Shown piece by piece: positions 38,937 through 47,983 of a stretch of DNA of 64,000 nucleotides. The DNA comes from Planctomycetota bacterium (lineage in GTDB: Bacteria > Planctomycetota > SZUA-567 > H5-PLA8). Position numbers and translations under genes: made by a program. Location: the NCBI GenBank assembly GCA_045863855.1, contig BTVV01000001.1, positions 64,001 through 128,000 of the forward strand, in the 5' to 3' direction. A model generated the notes under the pieces. It was given only the letters and a program-made list of their open reading frames with translations, was not told where the DNA came from and made no database searches. Numbering within the stretch: the first letter of the stretch is position 1; the number at the start of each line of letters is the position of its first letter.

Positions 38937-38965
38937 ATACCAGCCGGGTATACGGAGGCAGCGCT

Positions 38966-39274
38966 TCAGCGGCAGACGCGGGAGTAGCTCGAAGCGGGGC
39001 GGGGCAGCCCGCGCATCGCGCCGCGCGTGGGGTTCAAGCGCACCGAGCCTTGCGGCATACGTTCGGCGGGCGCGACGCCGCGGCGCAGCAGCGCCCAGCA
39101 GACCACGACGATCCACGCCGCGATCACGCCGCCGTACAAGAGCGCGAGCGGCAGCCAACTCGTCCAGGCGTTCGGTTCGAGACCCGCCGTGCCCGGCACC
39201 TCGCCGGCCATGTCGTTCGATGCGGCCAGCAGCGCAGCCGCCGCGAAGATCGATAGCTTCTTGAATGCGTACAT
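38966..39274 (-). CDS. small hypothetical membrane protein
   Basis: MYAFKKLSIFAAAALLAA signal-like segment plus one TM helix; short, so uncertain. Confidence 0.45.
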   Translation of the reverse strand: MYAFKKLSIFAAAALLAASNDMAGEVPGTAGLEPNAWTSWLPLALLYGGVIAAWIVVVCWALLRRGVAPAERMPQGSVRLNPTRGAMRGLPRPASSYSRVCR

Positions 39275-39520
39275 CGCAGCACCACCCTTCTGCTTTCTAG
39301 ACGGGTGGGGCGGCACGTACTTCAGGAGTGCACCGGTTGAAACGGGTGCGCGGCTTAGCGCCACTCACAAAACCATCGTCGGTCGTCTGCTTGCGGCGGT
39401 GCTTCGCGGGACGGCATCAGGCTCAGGCGCCGGATGCTCGTCCCGATCCGGCTTCTTCGCCTTCTTGGTCCCGCTTGACCGGCGCGGCGCAGCCGCCTCG
39501 ACGCTGTTTTTGTGAGCGGC

Positions 39521-41038
39521 TTACTTCCGGCGTCCGCGTTCGCGGGGCGGGGAGGGCGGGCCGCCTTCGTCCATGCCTTCGAACATGCTCCCCAGCATGT
39601 CGCGGTAGCGCCCCAGTCCTTCGGTCTCGTCCTTAGCCAGCAGCCGCGACTGGTGCAGCCCTTCAAGGACGAACTCCAGCGCCGCCGGCAGTTCGACGCG
39701 CTCGTCGCCGATGGGTACGTGCTCCCGCGCCAGCGCTTCGAGGCCGTCGACGGACTTCAGCTTGGCCAGCGCCTCGGCGGTGGGCGCGCGGTCGGTCAGT
39801 TCGACGGCGTTGCCCTTGGCGAACCAGTTGATGACGGCCTTGTACGGCCCGAAGCTGGCGTCGTCCTTGTTCTGGCCGTAGGCGTCGGGCAGGTAGCGGT
39901 CGAAGACGTTCTTGAGCCCGCGGCCGACCAGATGCCGCGCGACGTTGGCCGCGCCTTCCTGCTCGCCTTCGTAAACCAGTTCGACCTTGCCCGTCACGGC
40001 GCTGATCGCCGGCTGGAAGTCGACGGGGCGCGCGCAGACGGACGTCTCGCCGTTGAGCAGCGCGCGGCGTTCGGCGTTGGAGATCACGTTCTCGAGCAGC
40101 GTGATCGGCAGCCGCGCGCTTACCCCGCTGCTCTGGTCGAGGAACTCGCTCTTGCGCGCCGCGAACGCGACTTCCTCGACGACTTCCTTCAGGTACGGCG
40201 GGACGAAGACGCGCACGTCGCCGCCGCGGGCGACCCACGCTTCCTGCGCGGTGATGGCGAGCGATTCCTCGAGCTTCGACGGGTAGTGCGTCAGGATCTG
40301 GCTGTCGATGCGGTCCTTCAGCGGCGTGATGATGCTGCCGCGGTTCGTGTAGTCCTCGGGGTTGGCCGTGTAGATCATCAGCACGTCCATCGGCAGGCGC
40401 ACGGGGAAGCCGCGGATCTGGATGTCGCGTTCCTGCATGATGTTCAACAGGCCGACCTGGATGCGGCTGGGCAGGTCGGGGAGTTCGTTGATGCAGAAGA
40501 TGCCGCGGTTGGTGCGCGGGATGATGCCGTAGTGGATCACGTCCTCGCTGGCGTAATCGAGGCGCTTGGTGGCGGCCTTGATCGGATCGATGTCGCCGAT
40601 CAGGTCGGCGATGGTGACGTCGGGCGTGGCGAGCTTCTCGCGGTAGCGTTCGGCGCGGGTGAGCCAGTGGATCTCGGCGGCGTCGCTGTAGGCGGCCAGA
40701 TGCGCGCGCGCGCCGGTGGTGACGGGCGCGAGCGGGTCTTCGTTGAGCGGGAAGCCGGCGAGGACGGGGATCTCGGGGTCGAGCAGATCGGTGAGCTGCC
40801 GCGCGAGGCGCGTCTTGGCCTGCCCGCGCAGGCCCAGCAGGATGAAATCGTGATGCGAGAGGATCGCGTTAATGACCTGCGGGATGACCGTTTTCTCGTA
40901 GCCGACGATGCCGGGAAAGAGCGGCTCGCCGGATTTGAGCTTGGCGACGAGGTTGCGGCGCAGTTCGTCCTTGATCGAACAAGGCTTGTACCCGCTGCGC
41001 TTCAGTTCGCCGACGGTGGTGGGCTTGGGGACTCCCAT
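39521..41038 (-). CDS. magnesium-chelatase-like AAA+ ATPase
   Basis: GLRGQAKT Walker A variant, EKLATPDVTIADLIGDIDPIKA, INELPDL, TANPEDYTNRG; GAAAGGA RBS. Confidence 0.9.
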   Translation of the reverse strand: MGVPKPTTVGELKRSGYKPCSIKDELRRNLVAKLKSGEPLFPGIVGYEKTVIPQVINAILSHHDFILLGLRGQAKTRLARQLTDLLDPEIPVLAGFPLNEDPLAPVTTGARAHLAAYSDAAEIHWLTRAERYREKLATPDVTIADLIGDIDPIKAATKRLDYASEDVIHYGIIPRTNRGIFCINELPDLPSRIQVGLLNIMQERDIQIRGFPVRLPMDVLMIYTANPEDYTNRGSIITPLKDRIDSQILTHYPSKLEESLAITAQEAWVARGGDVRVFVPPYLKEVVEEVAFAARKSEFLDQSSGVSARLPITLLENVISNAERRALLNGETSVCARPVDFQPAISAVTGKVELVYEGEQEGAANVARHLVGRGLKNVFDRYLPDAYGQNKDDASFGPYKAVINWFAKGNAVELTDRAPTAEALAKLKSVDGLEALAREHVPIGDERVELPAALEFVLEGLHQSRLLAKDETEGLGRYRDMLGSMFEGMDEGGPPSPPRERGRRK

Positions 41039-41065
41039 GCGCGTCCTTTCGGTGCGGGCCCGGCC

Positions 41066-41342
41066 TAGCAGCCCGTTGAAAAAGGGTGCTGACCGCGTTG
41101 CGAGGAGCGTTTGAACTGGGCAAGGCGTCGCGCAGGGAGCCGCATCGAGACGATGCGGCGAGCGAAGCGCAACGACGCCCAGTTCAAATGCTCCCGCAAC
41201 CCTTCGGGCAGCCTCGTCTTGTGGCCCGGCTCCGCGTTGCGCTTCGGTCGTCGCATCTGCCTGATGCGCCTCCCTTCGCGCGCCTTGATCCGGACCACAA
41301 ATCCAAGGCTGCGCGGTCGTACCCATTTTCAACGGGCTGCTA
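41066..41342. mobile_element. non-autonomous MITE-like element
   Basis: terminal inverted repeats TAGCAGCCCGTTGAAAAAGGGT / ACCCATTTTCAACGGGCTGCTA (21/22); CTAG/CTAA at the ends; no transposase. Confidence 0.8.
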
Positions 41343-41409
41343 AACGCCGGGACGGCCGTGTATGTATGTACCGAGTGGGGCGGGGGATTCAAACGACGGC
41401 GGGATTCGC

Positions 41410-42645
41410 TTACTTTCCCGCGCCCGGCGTTTCGTATTCCGGTGCCTGCGTTTTTTCGGGCACGGGCGGAATATTCGGCGGCGCGGGCCGCTCTTCGATC
41501 TTCGGCGGCGTGGGACGTTCGGGCGGCGGCGCGGGCACTTCGGGCGGACCGGGCAGCCGGGGCGACGGCTCGAGCGGCAGATCCGGCGCGCGCTCCTTCA
41601 GGCGTTCCGGATCGGGCACCAAGGCCAGGTGCACGTACTTCTCGAGCTTGAAGACATCCTTGCGCCCTTCGACCTGCGCGACCGCGTAGTCTTCGCCCAC
41701 CTGCCCGAAGCGCAGGCGGAAGACCGTCCCGTCGATGAGCGTGATCTTGGTGGTGGCCGCCGGCGGCTGGATGCCCAGCGCTTCGCGCGGCAGGTCGTCG
41801 GCGTAGCTCTTGGCGTTGAGCCACGCGGCGGTGGAGCAGATCGCGCGGACGGTGCCGTCGTTGGCGAGCGCCTCCTCGGGCTCGACGAGCTTCCACACCA
41901 TCTTCGGGCCTTCTTGCCGGGTCTCTTCGCCGCCCGCGCCGGTGCGCGGTTCGGGAGGTTTGGGGAACGAGTCGCCGGGGTTGAGCGGGCCTTTGCCTTC
42001 GACGAAGCGGCGCAGGCGGTAGGACTTGGCGCCCTGTTCGAGCACGATGTCGATCGCGTCGCCGGCTTTGAAGCGCAGCAGCGCGAGGTCGTACCAGTAT
42101 TCCTGCTTCAGCTCGCGGCGTTCGCCTTCCATCTTATGCCCGGCCAGCTCGTCGAAATTGGCGTCGACTTCCAGCACCTTGTCGTCGTCACCGCGCAGCA
42201 CGTAACAGCGTTCGAACTGCGGGGACTTGCCGACGACGAGCTTGGCGAGCGGTTCGGTGCCCGAGCCCATGACGACGACCTCGGTGCGGCGCTTGTCGTC
42301 GAGTTCGAAAAGTTCGTTTTCGCCCAAGCGCGGCTGCACGAAGGTGGCTTTCTTGATGCCCTCCAGCAGCTTCTCCACGCGCGTCCACTGCACGGCACGG
42401 TCGTCGTGGCTGGCGAGCACCCATTCCTTGTCGATCTTGCGGCGCAGCGCGACGGTGCGGCCCTGCTGCACCATCACAATCGCCTGCGCGTCGTCGATGC
42501 GGAAATCGGGGAAGAGCGGCTGGCCCGGATTCAGCTCCAGACCGCGGATGCCTTCCATGTTCGCGGTCGGATTGGGCATCAGGAGCCAGGCCGCGACAAG
42601 CACGGCCAGCGCGGCGCTCAGGACGATCGGCGTCTTCGGGTTCAT
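41410..42645 (-). CDS. DUF4340-domain protein
   Basis: N-terminal TM helix; last gene of the GldA/F/G-like operon; ATGA overlap with the upstream gene. Confidence 0.75.
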   Translation of the reverse strand: MNPKTPIVLSAALAVLVAAWLLMPNPTANMEGIRGLELNPGQPLFPDFRIDDAQAIVMVQQGRTVALRRKIDKEWVLASHDDRAVQWTRVEKLLEGIKKATFVQPRLGENELFELDDKRRTEVVVMGSGTEPLAKLVVGKSPQFERCYVLRGDDDKVLEVDANFDELAGHKMEGERRELKQEYWYDLALLRFKAGDAIDIVLEQGAKSYRLRRFVEGKGPLNPGDSFPKPPEPRTGAGGEETRQEGPKMVWKLVEPEEALANDGTVRAICSTAAWLNAKSYADDLPREALGIQPPAATTKITLIDGTVFRLRFGQVGEDYAVAQVEGRKDVFKLEKYVHLALVPDPERLKERAPDLPLEPSPRLPGPPEVPAPPPERPTPPKIEERPAPPNIPPVPEKTQAPEYETPGAGK

Positions 42646-44375
42646 GGGTTGAAGCTCGAGGGGCCCGTGGTTTCCGCGAAGGTCCGTTCGTAGCGCGTCT
42701 GCGTGCCGCGGCGCAGCGCGAAGCGCACCACGGCAAAAACCGCCAGCAGCAGCGGGACGCCGGCGATCAGGAGCGCCTTCAAGACATTGCGCTTGGTGTC
42801 CTCGCCCTTGCCGTCGAGTTTCACGATCATGCGCGTCTCGTAGCGCTTGCTGCGGAGCTGGCTCAGTTCGCCGCCGACGCTGAAGGCTTCGGCGAGGTTG
42901 TTCAGGATCATCGCGTTGGGCCGGAAGAAGCGGCTCACCTGCGGATCCTGCGCGAAGACGAGCTTGGCGTGGAAGCTGTTGACGCACGACCAGAGCATCA
43001 GCATGCCGGGCTTCTTTTCGATCTGGGCGGCCTGCTGGCTCTCGGGATCGGGCGGCGGCTTGACGCCTTCGTCGTCGCGCGGCCACGCGGGAGCGGGCTT
43101 GCCTTCCCACGGGAACGGGAAGCCGCCCTCCAGCTTGGCCCACAGCGGCAGCTTGGGGTCGAAGGTCTGGCGGTTGGCGAGCTTCTCGGGATCGGGGCGG
43201 TAGACCGGAGCCAGGTCCTCGCGCCAGGAATGTTCGCTGGACGTGGCCAGGATGTCGTAGGTGAGCCCCGCGTCGCGGGTTTTGCCTTCGTGGAGGATCA
43301 GTTCGGCCGGGAACGGCATCGCCAGCGGCGGGAGGAAGCGCAGGAAGACGTGATCCTGATTGAAGTTCTGCGGCAGGACCATCACGAAGGGCGGGAGCAC
43401 TTCTTCCTTCATGTGGCCGGTGAGGCTGTCGCGCGTGGCGAGGCGCACGTTCGAGGCGTCGCAGACGAACTGCTTCCCGAATTCCACGCCCAGGCCCTTG
43501 AAGTAATCCTCGAGCCCCGACGGGCTGTCTTCAAGCTGCCAGCGCAAATCGAGGTTCGCGTGCCAAGGCGCGCCGATGTACAGCACCTTGCCGCCTTGCG
43601 CGAGGTACTTCGTGACTTCGTAGCGCGCGCGCTCGGAAAGCGTGCGCGGATTGATCAGGATCAGCAGCGCCGTCCCTTCGGGGATGCTGCTGGTCTGCGT
43701 AAGGTCGATGTCGCGCACGTCGAACTTCTTGGCGTCTTCCTCGCCGCGCAGGATCCATTCCCAGCCGCCCACCGGCGCGCCGCCCTGCGTGGGCGTCCAG
43801 CCCTGAGTCAAGGCCGGCGGCGCGTGGATCGCCACGATCGGGCGCTTCTCGAGCGTCAGCTCCAGAATCTTGCTCGCCGCGAGGTACTCGATGTCGTCGG
43901 CGTGTTCGATCCACGGGATCAGCACCGACGGCTTGTTCGCGTACGTCACTTCCAGGCTGCTGAAGAGCGTGCTGTAGGTGGTCTTGTCCTTCGCGATCTC
44001 GGGCACGGTGACTTCGACGCCGGCCTGGACGAGCTTGCGCTGCGCCTTTTCGTCCTTCAGGGGATCGACGACGCGCAGCTCGATCTTGCCCTTCCCGAAG
44101 CTGCGGATCTCGTCGAGCTTGTCGAGGATGTCGCGGCGGCGCTGCTGGTACTGGTTCGGCCACGTCTCGCTGACGTAGTACGTGAGTTGCAGCGGCGCTT
44201 TGAGCTTGTCGAGGATGCTGCGGAACGGCGGCGTCAGACTGTAGCGCTGTTCGGCCGTCAGATCCACGCGCGCGAAGGCCCGTTCGGCCACCAGGTTGGC
44301 GAAGACGAGGATGCCCAGCGCGAGCAGGACGGAGAGCGCGGCGTAGAAATCGCGTTGGCTGCGGTCGATGGCCAT
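42642..44375 (-). CDS. GldG-like ABC-type uncharacterised transport system auxiliary protein
   Basis: RVDLTAEQRYSLT, YLAQGGKVL, TM helices at both ends. Confidence 0.85.
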   Translation of the reverse strand: MAIDRSQRDFYAALSVLLALGILVFANLVAERAFARVDLTAEQRYSLTPPFRSILDKLKAPLQLTYYVSETWPNQYQQRRRDILDKLDEIRSFGKGKIELRVVDPLKDEKAQRKLVQAGVEVTVPEIAKDKTTYSTLFSSLEVTYANKPSVLIPWIEHADDIEYLAASKILELTLEKRPIVAIHAPPALTQGWTPTQGGAPVGGWEWILRGEEDAKKFDVRDIDLTQTSSIPEGTALLILINPRTLSERARYEVTKYLAQGGKVLYIGAPWHANLDLRWQLEDSPSGLEDYFKGLGVEFGKQFVCDASNVRLATRDSLTGHMKEEVLPPFVMVLPQNFNQDHVFLRFLPPLAMPFPAELILHEGKTRDAGLTYDILATSSEHSWREDLAPVYRPDPEKLANRQTFDPKLPLWAKLEGGFPFPWEGKPAPAWPRDDEGVKPPPDPESQQAAQIEKKPGMLMLWSCVNSFHAKLVFAQDPQVSRFFRPNAMILNNLAEAFSVGGELSQLRSKRYETRMIVKLDGKGEDTKRNVLKALLIAGVPLLLAVFAVVRFALRRGTQTRYERTFAETTGPSSFNP

Positions 44376-44455
44376 GGGCTAAAGGCCGATTCGCTACACG
44401 TGAGCCCGGCCCACCGCGGCCGCGTCTCATGCTTCGCGCTTCGGAGCCTTCCCTC

Positions 44456-45211
44456 CTATCTGCGGCGTTCGATCACCAGGTGATTCAGGAACAGGAAGAA
44501 CCCGGTGACGGTGAGCGCGTAGACGATATCGCGGGTATCGACGACCCCGCGGGCGATGGAATCGTAGTGGTAGCTGACGCCGAAACGCTGCACGAACTCG
44601 GCCGTCCGCGGGCCCCATTCGCTGCTGAAATCGCGTATCCAGCTCACGAACGGCGGGAAGCCGATCAGGAAGAAGACGCCGTTGAGCGTCGCGCCGATCA
44701 CGAAGGCCACGATCTGGTCGCCCGTCAGGCTCGACGCGAACGCGCCCACCGAAAGGTACACCATGCCCAGCACCAGCGTGCCGAGGTAGCTCCCGATCAC
44801 CGGTCCCCAGTCCAGTCCCGGCTGATTCTCGGGCCGGAGGTACGTATCGAGGACGATGGGCAGGTGCAGCGTGAGCAGCATGGTGAGCGCGAGGAAGAGC
44901 AGCCCGGCCAGGAACTTGCCCAGCACCGCCTGCCACGTCCGCAGGGGAAAGGTGAGCAGCAGCTCCAGCGTGCCCAGCTTGCGGTCTTCGGACCACAGCC
45001 GCATCGAGATCGCCGGAACGAAGATCAGGAAGAAGATCGGAATCCAACTGAAGAATCCGCGCATGTCGGAGACGCCTTCGACGAAGAGCGCGAGGAAGAC
45101 GTAGAAGCTGCAGCTCAGGAGCAGGAAAAAGACGACGAAGACGTAGCCGATGGGCGTATTCAAGTACGCCGCCAGCTCGCGCCGCAGGATGTGGAAGACG
45201 GGTGCGATCAT
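44456..45211 (-). CDS. ABC transporter permease (GldF-like)
   Basis: RRELAAYLNTPIGYV, PAISMRLWSEDRKLGTLELLLT, VLGKFLA. Confidence 0.92.
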   Translation of the reverse strand: MIAPVFHILRRELAAYLNTPIGYVFVVFFLLLSCSFYVFLALFVEGVSDMRGFFSWIPIFFLIFVPAISMRLWSEDRKLGTLELLLTFPLRTWQAVLGKFLAGLLFLALTMLLTLHLPIVLDTYLRPENQPGLDWGPVIGSYLGTLVLGMVYLSVGAFASSLTGDQIVAFVIGATLNGVFFLIGFPPFVSWIRDFSSEWGPRTAEFVQRFGVSYHYDSIARGVVDTRDIVYALTVTGFFLFLNHLVIERRR

Positions 45212-45215
45212 CGGT

Positions 45216-46262
45216 TCAGCCTTGCGCCTTGGTTTGCGCGGGTTCGGCGGCGGAAGCGTCTTGCGCGTCGTCGTCGCGGGGCGCATGCCCGGTCGCCGCC
45301 AGAAACGCGTCTTCGAGGCTCATCCCTTCGCCGTGCAGATCCAGCAGCGGCCAGCCGTGCTCGCGCGCGGCGGCGAAAAAGGCCTCGCCCGCGGCGTTGA
45401 CTTCGCGCGCTTCGGGCCGCTGACCGCCGGCGCCGACGTGGAGCACGCATTCGACGAGGCCCTGGTCGGGCACCGCACGAACGGCGCTCTTGCGCCAGGC
45501 GCTGTTTCCTTCGAGCGCCTTCCGGACGTTCGACGCGTCCACGCCGCGCAGCCGCGCCACCAGCCGCCCGGGGCGCGCCGTCTGCGCCTTCAAGTCGGTG
45601 GGCGAACCGTCGGCGACGAGCCGCCCCTTGTTAATCACGATCGCGCGGGAACAGACCGCTTCCACTTCCTGCATGATGTGCGTGCTGAAGAAGACCGTCT
45701 TCGTCTGGCCGATGACCGCGATCAAGCGGCGGATCTCGACGATCTGGATCGGATCGAGCCCGCTCGTCGGTTCGTCGAGGATCAGCAAGTCGGGATCGTG
45801 CACTACGGCCTGTGCGATGCCGACGCGCTGGCGGTAGCCGCGGCTGAGCGTGCCGATCGGCGCCATGTACTTGGGCTTCAGCCCGCAGTGCTCGACGGCC
45901 CACTCGATCCGTTCCATGCGCCGTGCGCGCGCGTTCAGGCCGCGCATGCGGGCGACGAAATCGAGGAACTCGCGCACGCGCATCTCGGTGTACAGCGGCG
46001 CGTTTTCGGGCAGGTAGCCCAGCCGCCGGCGCACGCCCACGGGGTCGCGTTCGATCGAACAGCCCGCGACGGTGGCGGTGCCTTCGTCCGGCGTGAGGTA
46101 GCAGGTCAGGACCTTCATCAGCGTCGATTTGCCCGCGCCGTTGGCGCCCAGCAGCCCGACGATTTCGCCGCGGCGCACCTGGAAGGTCAACCCGTCCACG
46201 GCGCGCAAGGGGCCGTAGGTTTTGGCCAAGCCTTGGACATCGACGAGCACTTCTGCGGCCAT
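45216..46262 (-). CDS. ABC transporter ATP-binding protein (GldA-like)
   Basis: GANGAGKST, LSRGYRQRVG, LILDEPTSGLDP, STH. Confidence 0.95.
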   Translation of the reverse strand: MAAEVLVDVQGLAKTYGPLRAVDGLTFQVRRGEIVGLLGANGAGKSTLMKVLTCYLTPDEGTATVAGCSIERDPVGVRRRLGYLPENAPLYTEMRVREFLDFVARMRGLNARARRMERIEWAVEHCGLKPKYMAPIGTLSRGYRQRVGIAQAVVHDPDLLILDEPTSGLDPIQIVEIRRLIAVIGQTKTVFFSTHIMQEVEAVCSRAIVINKGRLVADGSPTDLKAQTARPGRLVARLRGVDASNVRKALEGNSAWRKSAVRAVPDQGLVECVLHVGAGGQRPEAREVNAAGEAFFAAAREHGWPLLDLHGEGMSLEDAFLAATGHAPRDDDAQDASAAEPAQTKAQG

Positions 46263-46414
46263 GATAATTCCTGGTCGGACCAAGACTTAGATCGAAGTTG
46301 CAGGGGTGGCACCCTGATTAAGACGCCCAGTCTCCAGGCGCGCTTCGGAAATTCAAGTGGCGTTAAGACGCGAGACTCGGACAAACGCCTCCGGCGGCCT
46401 TCCGGAGCTCCGAT

Positions 46415-47965
46415 TTGCGTTTTGCGGGGTGCGTAAGGCATATTGCCCTACTCGTCTTTGCGGAAGACGACGCCGAACTCGAATCCCTTGGGTGCTTTGT
46501 GCTCGAGAAGGACCTGGACCGGACGATCGATGCCGGGACGGTGGAGCGTGTCTCCACGCGTCTGCCGACGGTCTCGGGCGCCGCGCCCGATTCCTACCGC
46601 GCCATTGTCTATCTGGCCGGCCCGCTGGTGCTCAGCGCCACCGGCTACATGATGATGCAGTTCGTCGATTCGCTCTTCCTGGCCTGGCACAGCGAGGCCG
46701 CGGTCGCGGCGTCGGTGCCCGCCTCGATGACGAACTTCCTGGCCATGTCGCTTTTCATGGGCGTGTCCGGTTACGTCTCGACGTTTGTGGCGCAGTACAC
46801 CGGCGCAAAGCGGCCCGAGCGGGTCAGCGCGGCGGTCTGGCAGGGGCTTTACTTCGCGGTCCTGAGCGGGCTGGGCATCGCGATGCTCGCGCCCTTCGCC
46901 GAGCCGCTCTTCGCGTGGATGGGCCACGCGCCGGAGATCCGCGCGCTGGAGGCCGAATACTTCCGGATCGTCTGCTACGGCGCGCCGGTGGCGCTGTCGT
47001 GTAACGCGCTGGGCGGATTCTTCACCGGCCGCGGCGATACGCGCACGTTCATGCTGGTGCAGCTCGCGGCGGTGCTGCTCAACGCGTTCCTCGACTACGC
47101 GCTGATCTTCGGGGCGTGGGGCTTCCCCGCGTTGGGTATGGCCGGCGCGGCGTGGGCGACGGTGGCGGCTCAGGTTTTCATCGCGGCGGCGCTGGGCGCA
47201 CTCTTCCTGGCCCCCGCGCATCGCCGGGCATTCGCGACCTGGACGAGCCGCGGCTTCGACCGCGCGCTCTTCGCGCGGCTGGCGCGCTTTGGGCTGCCCA
47301 ACGGCGCGCGCATCACGGTCGAGGTCTTCGCCTGGTCGATGTTCCTGACGTTTGTGGGCCGCGTAGGTCCGAGCGAACTGGCGGCGACGGGCATCGCCTG
47401 GCGCATCAACGGAATCGCGTTCTTTCCGCTGATCGGGCTCTCGACGGCGATCGCGACCCTGGTGGGACACGCGCAAGGCGCGGGCGAACCGCAGCGCGCG
47501 GTGAACGTGACGCGCCGCGGCCTGATCGTCGCCGAAGCCTGGATGCTCGCCTCGGCGCTGCTCTTCGTCTGCTGTCCCGAATGGCTCTTCGGGCACTTTC
47601 ACGATCCGCGCACGGTTTCGGCCGAGCAGTTCGCGCCGATCCAGGCGCTGGGCGTGACGATATTGCGCTACGTGGCGCTGTACTGCGTCCTCGATGGCGT
47701 AACCATCGTGATGCTCGGCGCGCTGCAAGGCGCCGGCGACACGCGCTGGACGATGATCGCGGGCGCCATCATGAACGCCACCTTTTACCTGGCGCTGCTG
47801 ATCATGGATACGCAGGGCGCCGGGGTGATCGCGTACTGGATCGCGGCGACGGCTTTCGTCATGCTGCAAGCGCTCGTCTGGCTCGCGCGCTTCGTTGGCG
47901 GAAAGTGGAAGGCCATGCGCGTGATCGAAACCGCGCCGCAGGAAGCCGCGCTGGTTTGCGAATGA
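46415..47965 (+). CDS. MATE family efflux transporter
   Basis: about 12 TM helices, MQFVDSLF, VAQYTGA, GRGDTRT, GMAGAAWAT, GAGDTRW; real start probably near 46540. Confidence 0.9.
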   Translation: MRFAGCVRHIALLVFAEDDAELESLGCFVLEKDLDRTIDAGTVERVSTRLPTVSGAAPDSYRAIVYLAGPLVLSATGYMMMQFVDSLFLAWHSEAAVAASVPASMTNFLAMSLFMGVSGYVSTFVAQYTGAKRPERVSAAVWQGLYFAVLSGLGIAMLAPFAEPLFAWMGHAPEIRALEAEYFRIVCYGAPVALSCNALGGFFTGRGDTRTFMLVQLAAVLLNAFLDYALIFGAWGFPALGMAGAAWATVAAQVFIAAALGALFLAPAHRRAFATWTSRGFDRALFARLARFGLPNGARITVEVFAWSMFLTFVGRVGPSELAATGIAWRINGIAFFPLIGLSTAIATLVGHAQGAGEPQRAVNVTRRGLIVAEAWMLASALLFVCCPEWLFGHFHDPRTVSAEQFAPIQALGVTILRYVALYCVLDGVTIVMLGALQGAGDTRWTMIAGAIMNATFYLALLIMDTQGAGVIAYWIAATAFVMLQALVWLARFVGGKWKAMRVIETAPQEAALVCE

Positions 47966-47983
47966 GCCGCAGCCGCGGCGCGC

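Noticed and set aside
36377..38938. 853-aa fused ORF
   Set aside because: Only the last ~330 aa (alpha-E, GTG at 37369) look real; the rest is an alternate frame over the ATP-grasp gene
39328..39350. NtrC-like box upstream of the sigma54 promoter
   Set aside because: TGCACC and GGTGCG half-sites are 10 nt apart rather than the usual 5
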